DNA of 64,000 bases, taken from positions 1,408,001-1,472,000 of the forward strand of contig CAWBKB010000001.1 in assembly GCA_963789265.1 (NCBI GenBank). Direction: 5' to 3'. The translations under genes and the position numbers were made by a program. The notes beneath the pieces are model-generated. The model saw only the letters and a list, made by a program, of their open reading frames with translations, did not search any database and was not told where the DNA came from. Positions 1 through 11,432 of the stretch are shown piece after piece (within the stretch, counting starts at the first letter, position 1; each line of letters starts with the position of its first letter). This stretch comes from an uncultured delta proteobacterium (GTDB taxonomy: Bacteria > Desulfobacterota > Desulfomonilia > Desulfomonilales > Desulfomonilaceae).

Positions 1-1
1 T

Positions 2-2033
2 TTTAACCCCAATGCCTTCGTCCACATAGGGACCGATAATTCGGTAACCATCATAGTGAACAAATCCGAAATGGGTCAGGGGGTGTATACGTCGCTGCCC
101 ATGCTTGTTGCCGAAGAGCTTGAGTGCGACTGGAGGAGCGTGCACGTCAAAGCCGCGCCTGTCGCTGCCATTTATAATAATCCGGAGACGCGTGTGCAAA
201 TGACCGGCGGCAGCATGAGCGTCATGACCGAGTGGGTGCGCATGCGTCAAGTAGGCGCAGCCGCACGTGAGATGCTCATTGCCGCGGCAGCCGATCAATG
301 GAAGGTGGATCCGGCAAGCTGCCGGGCCGAGAAGGGTAGGGTTGTTAACAAAAGTGGAAAGGCTCTCGCTTACGGACAGCTCGCAGAAAAGGCAGCGAGC
401 ATGCCAGTCCCCAGTAAAGTCAAACTGAAAGACCCCTCGAATTTTACAATTATCGGCAAACCCACACCGCGACTCGACACACCGGCGAAGGTAGACGGCA
501 AAGCCATTTTCGGTTCGGATGTGTCACTCCCGGGGATGCTCGTAGCCCTGGTAGCCCGTCCTCCGGTTTTCGGAGGCAAGGCCAAACGCTTTGACAGTGA
601 AAAGGCCAAAGCTGTGCCGGGCGTAAAAGAGGTCGTTCCCGTCGAATCCGGGATCGCGGTGATAGCGGACGGCTTCTGGTCCGCGAAGAGAGGAAGGGAC
701 GCGCTCGACATCGAGTGGGATGAAGGACCGGGCGCGGCCCTGTCAACCGAGAGCTTGCGCAACCAGTACGCTCAACTCTCCAAGAGCCCTGGTATCCCGG
801 CAAGAAAAGAAGGTGATGCCGGTAAGGCATTGAAGAAGGCCGGAACGCGGCTGACGGCAGAGTACGAGGTCCCTTACTTAGCTCATGCTTGCATGGAGCC
901 GCTCAATTGCGTCGTAGATCTCCGAGAGGATAGTTGTCAGATTCGGGTCGGCACGCAGGGACAGACACTTGATCGTGCGTCCACAGCCAAAATTGTCGGA
1001 TTAAAACCGGAGCAAGTCGCCATTCATACGACTTATCTTGGAGGCGGATTCGGTCGCCGTGGAAATCCGCATTCCGACTTCGTATCAGAAGCGGCACAAA
1101 TAGCGAAGGCGGTCAGAAAGCCGATCAAAGTGATCTGGACGCGGGAAGACGACATGAAAGGGGGATATTATCGGCCCTTCTGGTACGACCGAATAAGCGG
1201 CGGTCTCGACAAGAATGGTAAACTCGTCGCCTGGCATCACACGATTGTCGGGCAGTCAATTATGCAAGGAACGGTTAATGCTCAACGCATGATAAAGAAC
1301 GGCATAGATGCCTCCTCTGTGGAAGGCGCACAGCAAGTGCCTTACGAGATTCCGAACATCTTTGTCGGCCTACACAGTCCCGTAATCGGAGTGCCGGTTC
1401 AGTGGTGGCGGTCCGTCGGTCATTCCCATACCGCCTTTGTCGTGGAAGGCTTCATGGACGAATTGGCGCACGCGGCCCGCGTCGATCCATATCAGTTCCG
1501 TCGGCATTACCTCGCTAATCATCCGCGCTATCGAGCGGTCCTTGATCTCGCTGCGAAAAAGGCGGTTCTGGGGAACCCCGTTGCCCGCAGGCCACGCTCA
1601 AGGCATCGCCCTGGCTCAGTCATTCAAAAGTTTTGTCGCCCAGGTAGCGGAAGTCTCGGTAGAACCGTCCGGAACTGTCAATGTTCACAAGGTCGTCTGC
1701 GCCGTAGATTGCGGCAGAGCGGTGAATCCTTCCACTGTCGAGGCACAGATGCAGAGCGGAATTGTCTATGGTCTTTCCGCTGCCCTCTACGGAGCGATCA
1801 CCATCAAGAATGGCCGAGTGGTGCAGTCCAATTTCAACGATTACCCGGTTCTGCGTATGGATAGTATGCCGGTCATAGAGGTTCATATCATTGAGAGCAC
1901 GGAACATCCAACCGGAGTTGGAGAGCCGGGGGTGCCTCCCATAGCGCCCGCGGTTACAAACGCCATTTTTGCCGCTACCGGCAAGAGGGTCAGACGCCTG
2001 CCCATCGACACGGAACAATTAAAGAAGGTGTGA
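2..2033 (+). CDS. Xanthine dehydrogenase-family molybdopterin-binding subunit (isoquinoline 1-oxidoreductase beta-like); 5' end outside window, one frameshift near 1565
   Basis: Frame is open from base 2 ([10 protein letters not shown]...KSEMGQG). Motifs [16 protein letters not shown] and WWRSVGHS lie in ORF 56..1864. The C-terminus (AVDCG...[13 protein letters not shown]) continues in ORF 1437..2033. Confidence 0.9.
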
Positions 2034-2068
2034 TGCGTGAAAACCCGGCCGTTAGAGGAGGGATTGTC

Positions 2069-2797
2069 ATGAAATTTAAGCTGCACAAACTATATCTCGC
2101 AAGAATCGTGCTTGTAGCGGGGGCATTGGTCCTATTCACCTGTTTTGCAATACTTGCCGGTCATTTCTTCAAGGGGAAAATCGTATCCTGGCTCACTTCC
2201 CCTTTCTCTCAGATCGGGGTTGCTCATGCGGCTGGGAATGCTGATCCGGAAGCTTCGGCAAAAGCATTTCTCGCTGCCTACAAAGTGTTCCAAAGCCCTC
2301 GCTGCGTCAACTGTCACCCGTCTGGTGCCAGACCTTTGCAGGGAGACCGGGAAAGAGTTCATCTCATGCACGTGGTTCGCGGACCGGAAGGAATGGGAAA
2401 GAACGGAGTGTGGTGCAGCACATGCCACCAGGTCACAAATCTGCCGGGAAAGGATATGCCGCCGGGTGCTCCGGGATGGCAGCTACCGACGGCAGATATG
2501 CCCATGGTTTTTCAGGGAAAAACACCTCGGCAGTTGTGCAAGCATCTCTTGGACCCGGCGCAAAACGGCCATAGAAGCCCGAAAGAAATTATCGAGCACG
2601 TGCGGGACTCGCCTCTGGTCATTTGGGGCTGGCACCCGGGAGGAGGACGGACGGCCGCTCCGCTGACTCATGACGAATTCGTGAAGCTGATCGCGGAATG
2701 GGTTGAGAAGGGCCAGGCATGTCCGAAGTTGGAGCACAATCTCTCAGCTAGAGAATGCGGAAGATTGTCATTGCGAGCGGAGCGAAGCAATCCCTGA
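2069..2797 (+). CDS. Membrane-anchored di-heme cytochrome c associated with IorB-like loci
   Basis: N-terminal hydrophobic segment, CVNCH and CSTCH heme motifs, RBS gaggagg before ATG 2069. Confidence 0.75.
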   Translation: MKFKLHKLYLARIVLVAGALVLFTCFAILAGHFFKGKIVSWLTSPFSQIGVAHAAGNADPEASAKAFLAAYKVFQSPRCVNCHPSGARPLQGDRERVHLMHVVRGPEGMGKNGVWCSTCHQVTNLPGKDMPPGAPGWQLPTADMPMVFQGKTPRQLCKHLLDPAQNGHRSPKEIIEHVRDSPLVIWGWHPGGGRTAAPLTHDEFVKLIAEWVEKGQACPKLEHNLSARECGRLSLRAERSNP

Positions 2798-2860
2798 GTC
2801 GGTGGAGGTGGGCATCTTGCCCGCCACTAAAAATTGACAGGCAGGATGCCTGTCCCACCA
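2762..2860. repeat. REP-like palindromic cluster; partial copy of the 8430/20000 element
   Basis: agattgtcattgcgag...agcaatc and gtgggcatcttgccc...gacaggcaggatgcctgtcccacc match motifs at 8460-8606 and 20014-20160. Confidence 0.65.
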
Positions 2861-2890
2861 GTAATCCCGATGTGAAGGGAGGAGTGGTTC

Positions 2891-5306
2891 GTGAGAAGAA
2901 GTCCTAGTCTGGCGGTTTTGTCGGCACTGATGATGGCAGGGATCATGTGCGGTGTCGGAGCGACGAACAATGCCAAACCATACGACGGAAGCCCGCCGTT
3001 CGGACTGGGCAAACTTCAACCGATTACCTTCAAGCCGGAACATGCCGGGGTAGGGGAGACCACTATCTACGGCCCGAAAAAACCATACAACATATTCATC
3101 AATTATGAACTGGGCATGCACTGCGTTGGTTTCGACATATCCTACTGCTGCATCATCCCTCCCTATAACAGCGTACAGGCTCAGGCGGTACGGTCCGCGT
3201 CCGGTTCCGACGGGAAGCCGGTTCTCCTGTCGCCAGGCAATGAGGTGCAACTTCATTATGCCATCAAGGACAACTCCTATAGCGAAGGCAATAAAATGAA
3301 GTACTGGGCTGTGCCCAAGGATGCCAGCGGAGCCGGAACCATGGCTAACCCCGACGACAACATGGCCAATTACGTGTGGAACCATCTATTCATCTATAAG
3401 GATTTGCAAGGGACCCTGCCTGACAACCCTCAGAAGGCCCAACGGCGCTATGTCGGTAAGCAAATACCGGTCAATATCGACTCGGGCCCAACAGGTAGGG
3501 GCGTTGCCGGGGGGTACATGGACTATGCAAGAGAAAAAGGAGGCAATATCGTCTTCACTGATTCCATGCTGCCCGAGCTAAAGAATGTTCCGCTGGTGTT
3601 AACCGCATCTTACCTCTGGGATGCTTTGGGCCTTCCTCGGACCGCGTTCAACGACAGCAGGCGGCGAGGGAGTATAAGAAACCATAACGGATGTCGATTT
3701 CCAGCCATTTCAATATGCATTGGTTCGACTGGTGGACAACAAGGAGCAATCCGTGCTGGGAAACGGCAAACCCGTGGAGTTTTTCGGAACCGAGCCCATA
3801 GACATTTCGATCTGTTCCACCTGCCACTCCGGCCAGGGAATTGCGGCCAATCTGGCAAGGGGTGCGGGAATGTCGCTCTTTGATAAGGAGTATCTCTATT
3901 GGAAGACGAAGTACCATGACACCAGTGAGTACATCGCACGCCAGTCATCGGCTTCGATCCTTGTTCTCGAACTCCATGACAAGCTCCACAAAACACATTT
4001 CCTAAAAGACTATGACCCGAACGCATCATCGAACCGGCTCGGAAAGGTGGGACCTGTCCACTGCGCGGACTGTCACGGTGATAACATGTCAGGAGTTTTG
4101 CAATCACCGAGACCCAGTGCAACCGGATACCCGGGACTGAGAGCCAAGCCTCTAACTGAGGCAGTCCATGCCGCGCACGCTCGATTCATATGTATGCCCG
4201 ACAAAGCCGGACGAACCCAGAGCTGCCAGGCGTGTCATCCAAGCCACTGGCAGAACCCGAAGATGAACAATTTTCGGACAAACCCATATCAGATAGCCGA
4301 TAGCCTGGGCAATCCTCGGTTTTCTTCTGTAGACCTAAGGGTAGCGGGTGGAGGCTGCTATTTGCGTAGGGATGCTCACTCCAACCCTCACGTGAAACCG
4401 CCATTTTTTCTGAATGATATAGGCAAATGGTACCTGCATGAAGTGAGCATGCGGGACGCGTCGGGCAGCAGGATCGATGAGATAAGAGGTTTGTACTGCA
4501 CGAATTGTCACAACAACCTGTCCGATGAGCTTTACAGGTACGACGATCTCAAAGACGCAGCCGCTCAGAAGGGCAAGACCCTCAGGAACAAGCCGGTAGC
4601 GGAGGTCATCCAAGCGGTTGCCCAGGGAGATGAAAAGAAGTTCAAGAACTTGTTTGCCGATCCTATCGTTGGGGTCCAGGGTGAGCCGCTCTACCGGTAC
4701 TTTGCCCGCCATAAGACAGGTCCGCTAGCCCGCACGGTAAAAGGAGCAGGTGGCAAGGTGGAACTGTTGCCCTGGAACGGGCACAAAGGGGACGTAATCA
4801 CCTATTCAGACGCAGCAGCCGGCAAGGATTGGTGGCTCTCACCCGGAGAGCCTCATTGTGCTAACTGCCACATTGCCCCATTCGTGGAAAGCGAGGGAGG
4901 CAAATATTCCCCCATAGACCAACCTGGCAAGTATTCGTTATATCGGTACTCCAAAGCCCACGGGGCGCTCGCGTGCCAAACGTGCCACCAGTCAATGCAC
5001 GGCTTGTACCCCGTCAGATATGATGGTCCGGTTAAAACCGTCGATCTAACGTCTCGCGAGCAAGCATTGCAGTTCAGCCCGGATGGCGTCTACACCGGGC
5101 CAGTTACGTGCGCAGCCTGTCACGCAGTAAATGGCAAAGGAGTGCCGACGATCCTCAAAGGGACCCATTATTATGGCGATTATTGGGCATCGGTGGTCCT
5201 TATCCATTTCATGCGAGAAAAGGACCGAAAATTGTCGACTGAGGAACTCTTAAAGAAATTCCCTTACGAAAAGGCAAACGAAATCGTGAAAGCCGGATGG
5301 AAATAG
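2891..5306 (+). CDS. Exported multiheme cytochrome c (7 CxxCH), frameshift near 3680
   Basis: Signal peptide and YELGMHC motif in ORF 2891..3883. CSTCH, CADCH, CQACH, CTNCH, CANCH, CQTCH and CAACH in ORF 3720..5306. Removing one A from agaaacc joins the two frames. Confidence 0.85.
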
Positions 5307-5335
5307 CGAAGGCACTCTCGATTTCTTTGGAGGAA

Positions 5336-5404
5336 AAAGGGGTCAAGTCTGCTCTTGACTCATATCAAGCTACGTTTCGACGTATCGCCTGCACTGATGA
5401 GTCA
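5336..5404. repeat. Left palindrome arm and first copy of the 62-bp direct repeat flanking IS110
   Basis: 5343..5404 is identical to 6917..6978. 5336..5363 is the exact reverse complement of 6971..6998. Confidence 0.9.
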
Positions 5405-5424
5405 CCCATTAAAAGGCCCTCTGT

Positions 5425-5824
5425 CAAGGGAAAAGACTCTCCTGTAGCAAGGAAAGAATCGTTTCCTTGCTGAGGGTACGGCCGTGTTTCGCACAGCGTC
5501 CGTCAGCGCCTGCTCTTCGCCTTTGCCGGTATTTCGCTCAGGTGGTGTCGGTAGTTTTCCTCACCGCACCAGTCACCCATCAGGATCAAGGCCCAAACCT
5601 TAGAGGTCCTGCCCCTTCCGCTTATTGCGGACCAGAAAATCTTCGGTTCCATGCTGTGTCCAAGAGGAATAGGACAAATCTCATGGTTTTGAACCAACCC
5701 TTTAGTGGCTCACAGCATGGGCGGCAAAGAGTCCGGCTCCCCGGATCTGTGGGGTAGGCGGCTGCCCAATCAAATCTGGTGGTTTTTCCAACCCCTACTC
5801 AGGGTCGCCGCCTACGCCAGTCGT
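5425..5824 (-). ncRNA. Candidate bridge/seek RNA region of the IS110 element
   Basis: ~400-nt non-coding stretch 3' of the transposase, as in IS1111. It contains tcacccat (5573..5580), identical to the element end (5402..5409). Boundaries are inferred. Confidence 0.5.
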
Positions 5825-6844
5825 CTAACCAATAAGCCTCTTGTTGTCAAAGGGAACTTGGTCCCTCATGATATAATACGCCGCTCGTGCCAGTTTGTGG
5901 CCCAGCGCGGCGTGAGCGCACATACGGTTGGTCCTGGATACCTTCCGATCGAACCAGGCTCTGATTGCCGGATCAAAGCGCCGGGCGAGTTCCGAAGCTT
6001 CGGAAAAGGCCCATGCCAAGTACTTGTTGCCATTCTTCTTGTTACCTGTTCCCTTGCTCTTCCCGTTGCTGGTCCAGCGAGTCGGAACCTTTCTGCAATA
6101 GGACGCATAGTTCCCCGCAGCCTGAAAACGACTTATGGGGCCTGTTTCAAGCATGATGGTGAGCGACAGGATAACCCCCACGCCGGAGATGGTCGTCAGG
6201 CAAGCATATTCCTTCTTCAATTCGATTTTCCCTTGAACCTTCTTTTCAACCTTCTTGATTTGTCGCGTGAGGAAATCTATGCTCTGCTTGCTCACCTGGC
6301 CGGTCAGAGCCAGGTTCTCGTCCTGCTCCAAGAGCGGTGAAACAAGATCATTAGTCAGTTGTTTTATCTTGGCGGCCCCAATCTTCACGCCCATACTACG
6401 AGCGAGGATATTTTGCAGGCTGTTAATAAGTGAGGTTCTCAGCTTGACCAGATGCATCCGTTTGCGTAGCAGGTCTCTCACCGGGCGCTCTTCCCGTGGA
6501 TATATATATCCCTCAGGTAGAATGCCTAAGCGTAACATTTCCGCCAACCAAAATGCATCGCTATTGTCATCGGAATGTTTCATTCCACTGTATTTTTGTA
6601 TAGCGGTAGGATTGGCCAAATGCACTCGGTATCCCGCTTCCATCATCGCATCCACAACCCAGTACCAGTTGAAGGTGGATTCCACTGCTATGCCTTGCAT
6701 ACCTTCCTTGTAAGGTTCAAGGGCATTCAAGAGAACAGCCGAATCATTAACAAGCCTCCTGTTGAACACCCTCTTTCCTTCTCGCTCTACCACCGCCAGA
6801 TAACTGTTGCTTGCATGAAGATCAAGCGCCGCATATACTTCCAT
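5825..6844 (-). CDS. IS110 family transposase/recombinase
   Basis: ALDLHA, VESTFNW and SDDNSDA (DEDD RuvC-like); TISGVG; WTSNGK serine; GNKYL. RBS ggagg before ATG 6844. Confidence 0.95.
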   Translation of the reverse strand: MEVYAALDLHASNSYLAVVEREGKRVFNRRLVNDSAVLLNALEPYKEGMQGIAVESTFNWYWVVDAMMEAGYRVHLANPTAIQKYSGMKHSDDNSDAFWLAEMLRLGILPEGYIYPREERPVRDLLRKRMHLVKLRTSLINSLQNILARSMGVKIGAAKIKQLTNDLVSPLLEQDENLALTGQVSKQSIDFLTRQIKKVEKKVQGKIELKKEYACLTTISGVGVILSLTIMLETGPISRFQAAGNYASYCRKVPTRWTSNGKSKGTGNKKNGNKYLAWAFSEASELARRFDPAIRAWFDRKVSRTNRMCAHAALGHKLARAAYYIMRDQVPFDNKRLIG

Positions 6845-6916
6845 CGGGCACCTCCTACGGTTAATGGCAAGTCGGGGATACCACATTCCCGACTCAGAGG
6901 TGCCTTTTTGTGATTA

Positions 6917-6998
6917 TCAAGTCTGCTCTTGACTCATATCAAGCTACGTTTCGACGTATCGCCTGCACTGATGAGTCAAGAGCAGACTTGACCCCTTT
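6917..6998. repeat. Second copy of the 62-bp direct repeat and right palindrome arm
   Basis: Identical to 5343..5404, then continues agagcagacttgaccccttt. Confidence 0.9.
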
Positions 6999-7029
6999 CT
7001 GACCTTTCCCTCCACTTTGACATTTTAGA

Positions 7030-8373
7030 TCATCTGGGCATTAACGACTCTATGGCACTACTCAGCCGACGATCGCTCTTCCGCAACATCCGTCGGTCCA
7101 GTCTGCCTTGTTGGTCAGCTTTCAGCAGAGCGTACATTATGCGGTAATACTGGTCCGGGTCCCAACTGACCAAAATCAAATCTACTCCCGAGTTTAATGC
7201 TTCGATGCTCCCGTCGTCCATACCATCGCGGCTGCGGTAAACTGCCATCATGCTGAAGTTGTCGGTGATCAACACGCCGTCGTACTGCCAGTCATCCCGC
7301 AAAAGGCCGGAGATCACCGCAGGAGACATGGAGGCAGGGCGTTTACTATCTATCGCAGTCAATTTTACGTGAGCCAGCATGGTGAAGGCTTTACCATCAC
7401 GCATAAGCGCCCGGAAAGGCACCCAGTCAGTTTTTGTCAGTTCAGTCAGGGAAGTCGCCAGGTTTGCAGGATGGAGATGGGTGTCGCCTGACACTCGGCC
7501 CAAGCCGGGAAAATGTTTGAGCGTGCAATGCACGCCCGCATCTTCCAGGGCGGCGCAATACCAGGCCGCGACCTGGGCCACGACCGCGGGGTCAGCCGAG
7601 ATAGCCCGCTCATAGATGCGTGTGTACCGATCGCCTGGATTCTTCACGTGATGATTGATGTCAACCACTGGCGCGAAATTCAGGTTAACTCCGACTTCGG
7701 CCAGTTCTCGCGCCTGCTCAGCAGCCAAGTCTCGAACCGCTTGTTGCAGTCGGTTCTTGTCCGAATATCGGGCCACCAGTTCCGAAAGTGCGGGAAGCCG
7801 AGTCAGCGGCGGGGACAATCTTGAGACAGGTCCGCCTTCCTGGTCCGTGGCGATCCACAGAGGCGGGAGGTTCTGTTCTTGTCGAATTTGTTGCAGGCTT
7901 TTGATTTGTCTGGCGATCTCGGCAATGCTCTTACCGCGAGCATTGCTGCCCGAAATGAAAACACCCACGACGGCGCGAAGGCTGACAAGTTTCCCAACTT
8001 CCGCGAGGCTCCGATAACCGACGATGAAATGCCGGCCCAATCTTTCCAGTCGGACGGGATTCGCGTGGAGCACCTGGTAGCGATCCCAGTGAAAGCGAGC
8101 TTCCAGAGCTAGAGTAGCTGTCAAAACCAGAGCTGCCGCGAGCAGTCCCAGCTCAGTCAACACCCTGAGAACCTGTTGCTCCGGCCGGGAAGTTATCAAA
8201 AGCCGCAATTCGGCAAGGATCACACCTAGAGGTACGACGATTAGTCCCAGGAGCGCCCAGGGTCTGACTTCCGCGAGAAAAGGGGAGCGCCAGTCCCACG
8301 CAAAAGGGACCAGAGCAAGTGCTATCAGGAGCAGCAAAGCAGCAAGCGGGAATTTCACGGTTCTAGAGGTCAT
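7030..8373 (-). CDS. Membrane-anchored glycoside hydrolase family 3 (beta-N-acetylhexosaminidase-like)
   Basis: ATDQEGG, NFAPVVD, LKHFPGLG...DTH and LITD motifs; about 3 N-terminal TM segments. Start is uncertain. Confidence 0.85.
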   Translation of the reverse strand: MTSRTVKFPLAALLLLIALALVPFAWDWRSPFLAEVRPWALLGLIVVPLGVILAELRLLITSRPEQQVLRVLTELGLLAAALVLTATLALEARFHWDRYQVLHANPVRLERLGRHFIVGYRSLAEVGKLVSLRAVVGVFISGSNARGKSIAEIARQIKSLQQIRQEQNLPPLWIATDQEGGPVSRLSPPLTRLPALSELVARYSDKNRLQQAVRDLAAEQARELAEVGVNLNFAPVVDINHHVKNPGDRYTRIYERAISADPAVVAQVAAWYCAALEDAGVHCTLKHFPGLGRVSGDTHLHPANLATSLTELTKTDWVPFRALMRDGKAFTMLAHVKLTAIDSKRPASMSPAVISGLLRDDWQYDGVLITDNFSMMAVYRSRDGMDDGSIEALNSGVDLILVSWDPDQYYRIMYALLKADQQGRLDRRMLRKSDRRLSSAIESLMPR

Positions 8374-8429
8374 GACTTTTACTCTGCGTGCTTCCAGGAA
8401 CTCAGCCGCGAGCCTCCAATCCCGGTGAT

Positions 8430-8629
8430 CATTCACTTATGAGAGGTATTTCTGTCACCTGTCATTGCGAGGAGTTCATGGTGGGACAGGCTTCCAGGCT
8501 GTCTATTAGGGATGACGGGCAAGATGCCCGTCCCACCGGCAATCTAAACGGCGTTAAAAGGAAAAGATTACTTCGTCCCGCGAGACGCAGGACTTGCAAT
8601 GACAATCTTTTGCCGCACGCAAGTGAATG
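8430..8629. repeat. ~200-bp nested-palindrome MITE/REPIN-like element, copy 1
   Basis: Outer IR cattcactt/aagtgaatg, middle IR tgtcattgc/gcaatgaca, inner IR ggtgggac/gtcccacc. A near-identical inverted copy lies at ~19995-20192. Confidence 0.8.
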
Positions 8630-8647
8630 CCGACTCTTGAATCGCGC

Positions 8648-9160
8648 CTATCGCGCATCGAGGAGCACTCCCATTAGTAGCGCGGGTTCAGTGCCGTAGT
8701 TGAGCCAATAGTGATTGGTACCGCGCTGCACGCCCACATCGAAAGGATTCAACTCGACCTGATCCGCGTCCAGCAAAAGAGTCACCCGGCCTTTAAGCAC
8801 CACGACATAATCGATTGTCGAGGTGGTGTGCATCATGGGATTGCGCCGTGTGTCCACACGACAATGGTTTGCTCCAACTGCTGCAAAGGCTTCAGCCGCT
8901 GCTCGTTCCGCCTCGACGGGTGACATCGAAGGATCTTGAGGCGGGATTTCAAAGAAACGAAAAATTGTCCCTCCCGGAGGCGGCTCAAGACTGAAGTGGC
9001 TCGATGACGCATCTTCGTCCGTCAAGGAAGCCGGACACTTGGTCGTTGTCCAGAAATCCGCGGACCCGAGAAGACCGGTCTCGACCTGATCGTCTTTCAC
9101 CACTACGGATTGCCCCTCCCTGTCGCGGCCTGTGACAACGCATCTGTATTTATTAGTCAT
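8648..9160 (-). CDS. Cupin domain protein
   Basis: RCVVTG, MHTTSTIDY, VQRGTNHYWLN motifs. Confidence 0.85.
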   Translation of the reverse strand: MTNKYRCVVTGRDREGQSVVVKDDQVETGLLGSADFWTTTKCPASLTDEDASSSHFSLEPPPGGTIFRFFEIPPQDPSMSPVEAERAAAEAFAAVGANHCRVDTRRNPMMHTTSTIDYVVVLKGRVTLLLDADQVELNPFDVGVQRGTNHYWLNYGTEPALLMGVLLDAR

Positions 9161-9264
9161 TGGGTTGTATCTCCTTTATAAGTCAATGCCTGGACGGCAG
9201 CGAAGGCCGGTTTCTCCACTTCTGATACTCGCTAACAAGTCCCTTTACGGAACTGCAAACCAGA

Positions 9265-10715
9265 TCATTTCGCGCCGTGGGCTTTGAGGAAGTCCACGAT
9301 CCTGTAATGTCCATTGGCCGAGGCCCAGTACAATGCCGTCAGGCCACGCCCGTCTATTGCATTAATGTCAGCTCCCTTTTCAAGGAGAAGCCTCACGACG
9401 TCGAGGCGACCATTCATGGAAGCTTTCATTAACTCCGTTAGGTCGTTGCTGTCCCTTGCGTTGCTGTCAGCTCCTTTATCCAGGAGTACCTTCGCCACGT
9501 CGAGATGGCCCTTATCCAAAGCCCACCACAACGCGGTCCAGCCCAATTCATTCCTCGCATTTACGTCAGCTCCCTTGTCTAGAAGCAATTTCACGATCTC
9601 TACATGACCTTTTTGGGCAGCGTTCCACAGGGCTGTACCACCACTCCTGGTCTTTGCATTGACGTCAGCGCCCTTGTCCAGAAGCAGCTTCGTCACTTCT
9701 AAATGACCCCCCAAGCGGCCGTCATAAGGGCTGTCCCACCGGCAAAGGTCTTTGCATTGACATCCGCTCCCTTTTCCAGCAACAGCCTGACTGCAACCAT
9801 ATTCCCAATCATGGAAGCTTTCATTAGCGGCGTCAGGTCACGACTATCTCTTGCGTTGATGTCAATTCCGTTGCTTAGAAACAAATCCACCACCTCGACG
9901 TGGCCGCCTAGGGCAGCTTTGGTGAGAGCCGTTTGGCCCCCCTTGGTCTCTGCGCGGACATCAGCGCCCTTCTCCAGAAGAAGTCTTGCCACCCTCACGT
10001 GACCCTTCACGGCAGGCCACATGAGGGCCGTATGCCCATCATTACTCTTTAGGTTGATGTTCGCTCCCCTTTTCAGGAGGAGTTTTGCGACTTCAAGACG
10101 GCCTTTGTCGGCGGCCCACATAAGCGCCGTCTGGCCTTTATTGTCTTCCGTATTTACATCGGCACCCTTATCCAGGAGCAGTTCTGCTATTCGCGTGTGA
10201 CCTTCCCCAGAAGACTGCATGAGAGCTGTACCACCATGCTTCCTCTCCTTTATATTGACATCAGCACCATTCTCCAGGAGCAGCTTGACCACTTTGAAGT
10301 AACCCTTCTCGGCAGCAGGCATGAGGGCGGTCCACCCACTCTTGGCCATTGAGTTGACATCGGCGCCCTTTTCCAGAAGTAATTTGGCCACTTCCAGGTG
10401 ACCTTCCACGCACGCGCCCAGCAAAGGCGTCTCCCCCCGCTTATCCTTCGAGTCGATGTCAGCTCCTCTCTCTAAAAGGAGCCTCACAGCTTCCAGATTG
10501 CCAGATGAAGCAGCCCGCATAAGTGCCGTATAGCCCTCACCGTCCTTTAAATTGACGTTAACCCCTTTGTCCAGAAGCGTCTGCACTTGTTTCGAGTCAC
10601 CTTTCGAGACCGCCTCTATCAGTGTCTCGCCCTTATCCGCGAAAACCGTCGAGGAAAGAATGATCAAAAGGACTAGTGGTACTGCTGAGATTGTGGCGAT
10701 TCGAAACCTCCGCAT
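9265..10715 (-). CDS. Secreted ankyrin-repeat protein (14 repeats), frameshift in G-run near 9710
   Basis: Signal peptide, then GxTALM.A...G....V.LLL.KGADVN repeats across ORFs 9699..10721 and 9265..9714. Confidence 0.9.
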
Positions 10716-10976
10716 TATCAATCTTCCCCGCGACGACTGCCGGCCTAATGAGGTTGCTTACAGGATTCTCACAATTGATGGATGACGATACCAGTATCCG
10801 CCTGTGTTTCCAACGATGTCAAGAAACTTCTGTAGACACCTTGCTTGATTCTTGAATTGAGGGGGCAATCGAGTACGTGTCCCGAGAACTCCGACGCTTT
10901 CGTAATTGCTTTCCCCTCAGAAAAAGAATACTTTTGTGGCTATAAGCCAGCAGCCGGAAAAAGCAGGAGAGATCCC

Positions 10977-11282
10977 TTGAACCGAAACCGTCCCATCATT
11001 CCTAATGATTTAATCGAAGACTTCTGCCGAAAGCATCATATTAGGAAGCTATCTATCTTTGGGTCATATTTGCGAGAAGATTTCGGGCCGGAAAGCGACA
11101 TAGACTTTCTAGTAGAGTTCGATCCGGAGCACATACCTGGTTTGCTGCAGGTTGCGGGCATGGAATTTGAACTTTCCAAAATGCTGGGCAGAAAAGTGGA
11201 TTTGCGGACCGCTCAGGATCTCAGCCGGTATTTTCGCGATGAGGTCGTGGCACAGGCAGAGGTTCAGTATGCGGAAAGATGA
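10977..11282 (+). CDS. Minimal nucleotidyltransferase (MNT antitoxin)
   Basis: [31 protein letters not shown] start after aggag. Confidence 0.9.
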   Translation: MNRNRPIIPNDLIEDFCRKHHIRKLSIFGSYLREDFGPESDIDFLVEFDPEHIPGLLQVAGMEFELSKMLGRKVDLRTAQDLSRYFRDEVVAQAEVQYAER

Positions 11283-11310
11283 TCTCATCCGGATATGTCA
11301 CATGCTTCTA
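11269..11310 (+). pseudogene. N-terminal stub of DUF86/HEPN toxin
   Basis: Overlapping ATG gives [13 protein letters not shown], a typical DUF86 start. Similarity is lost afterwards and there is no RX4H motif. Confidence 0.55.
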
Positions 11311-11432
11311 AAGCTATTGCAAATAACTGAACAAAGGCCCTTCGTCGAAAAAAAGATATGCCGGGTAGGCCCCCGGACCTGGGAAAGCAATACACATCTG
11401 AGTTTGTTCTTTATCCTTACCGGAAGCTGAAC

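Larger units (their letters stand above)
5405..6916 (-). mobile_element. IS110-family (IS1111-type) insertion sequence
   Basis: DEDD transposase; sub-terminal imperfect IRs aaaaggccctctg (5411) / cagaggtgcctttt (6895); TCA at both junctions; long non-coding region downstream of the ORF. Confidence 0.85.

Noticed and set aside
5343..6978. CRISPR-like repeat
   Set aside because: Only two 62-bp copies separated by a 1.5-kb IS; no spacers and no cas genes.
9265..10721. True pseudogenisation of the many split genes
   Set aside because: Single-base shifts in homopolymers or at GTAC with no in-frame stops are better explained as sequencing errors.
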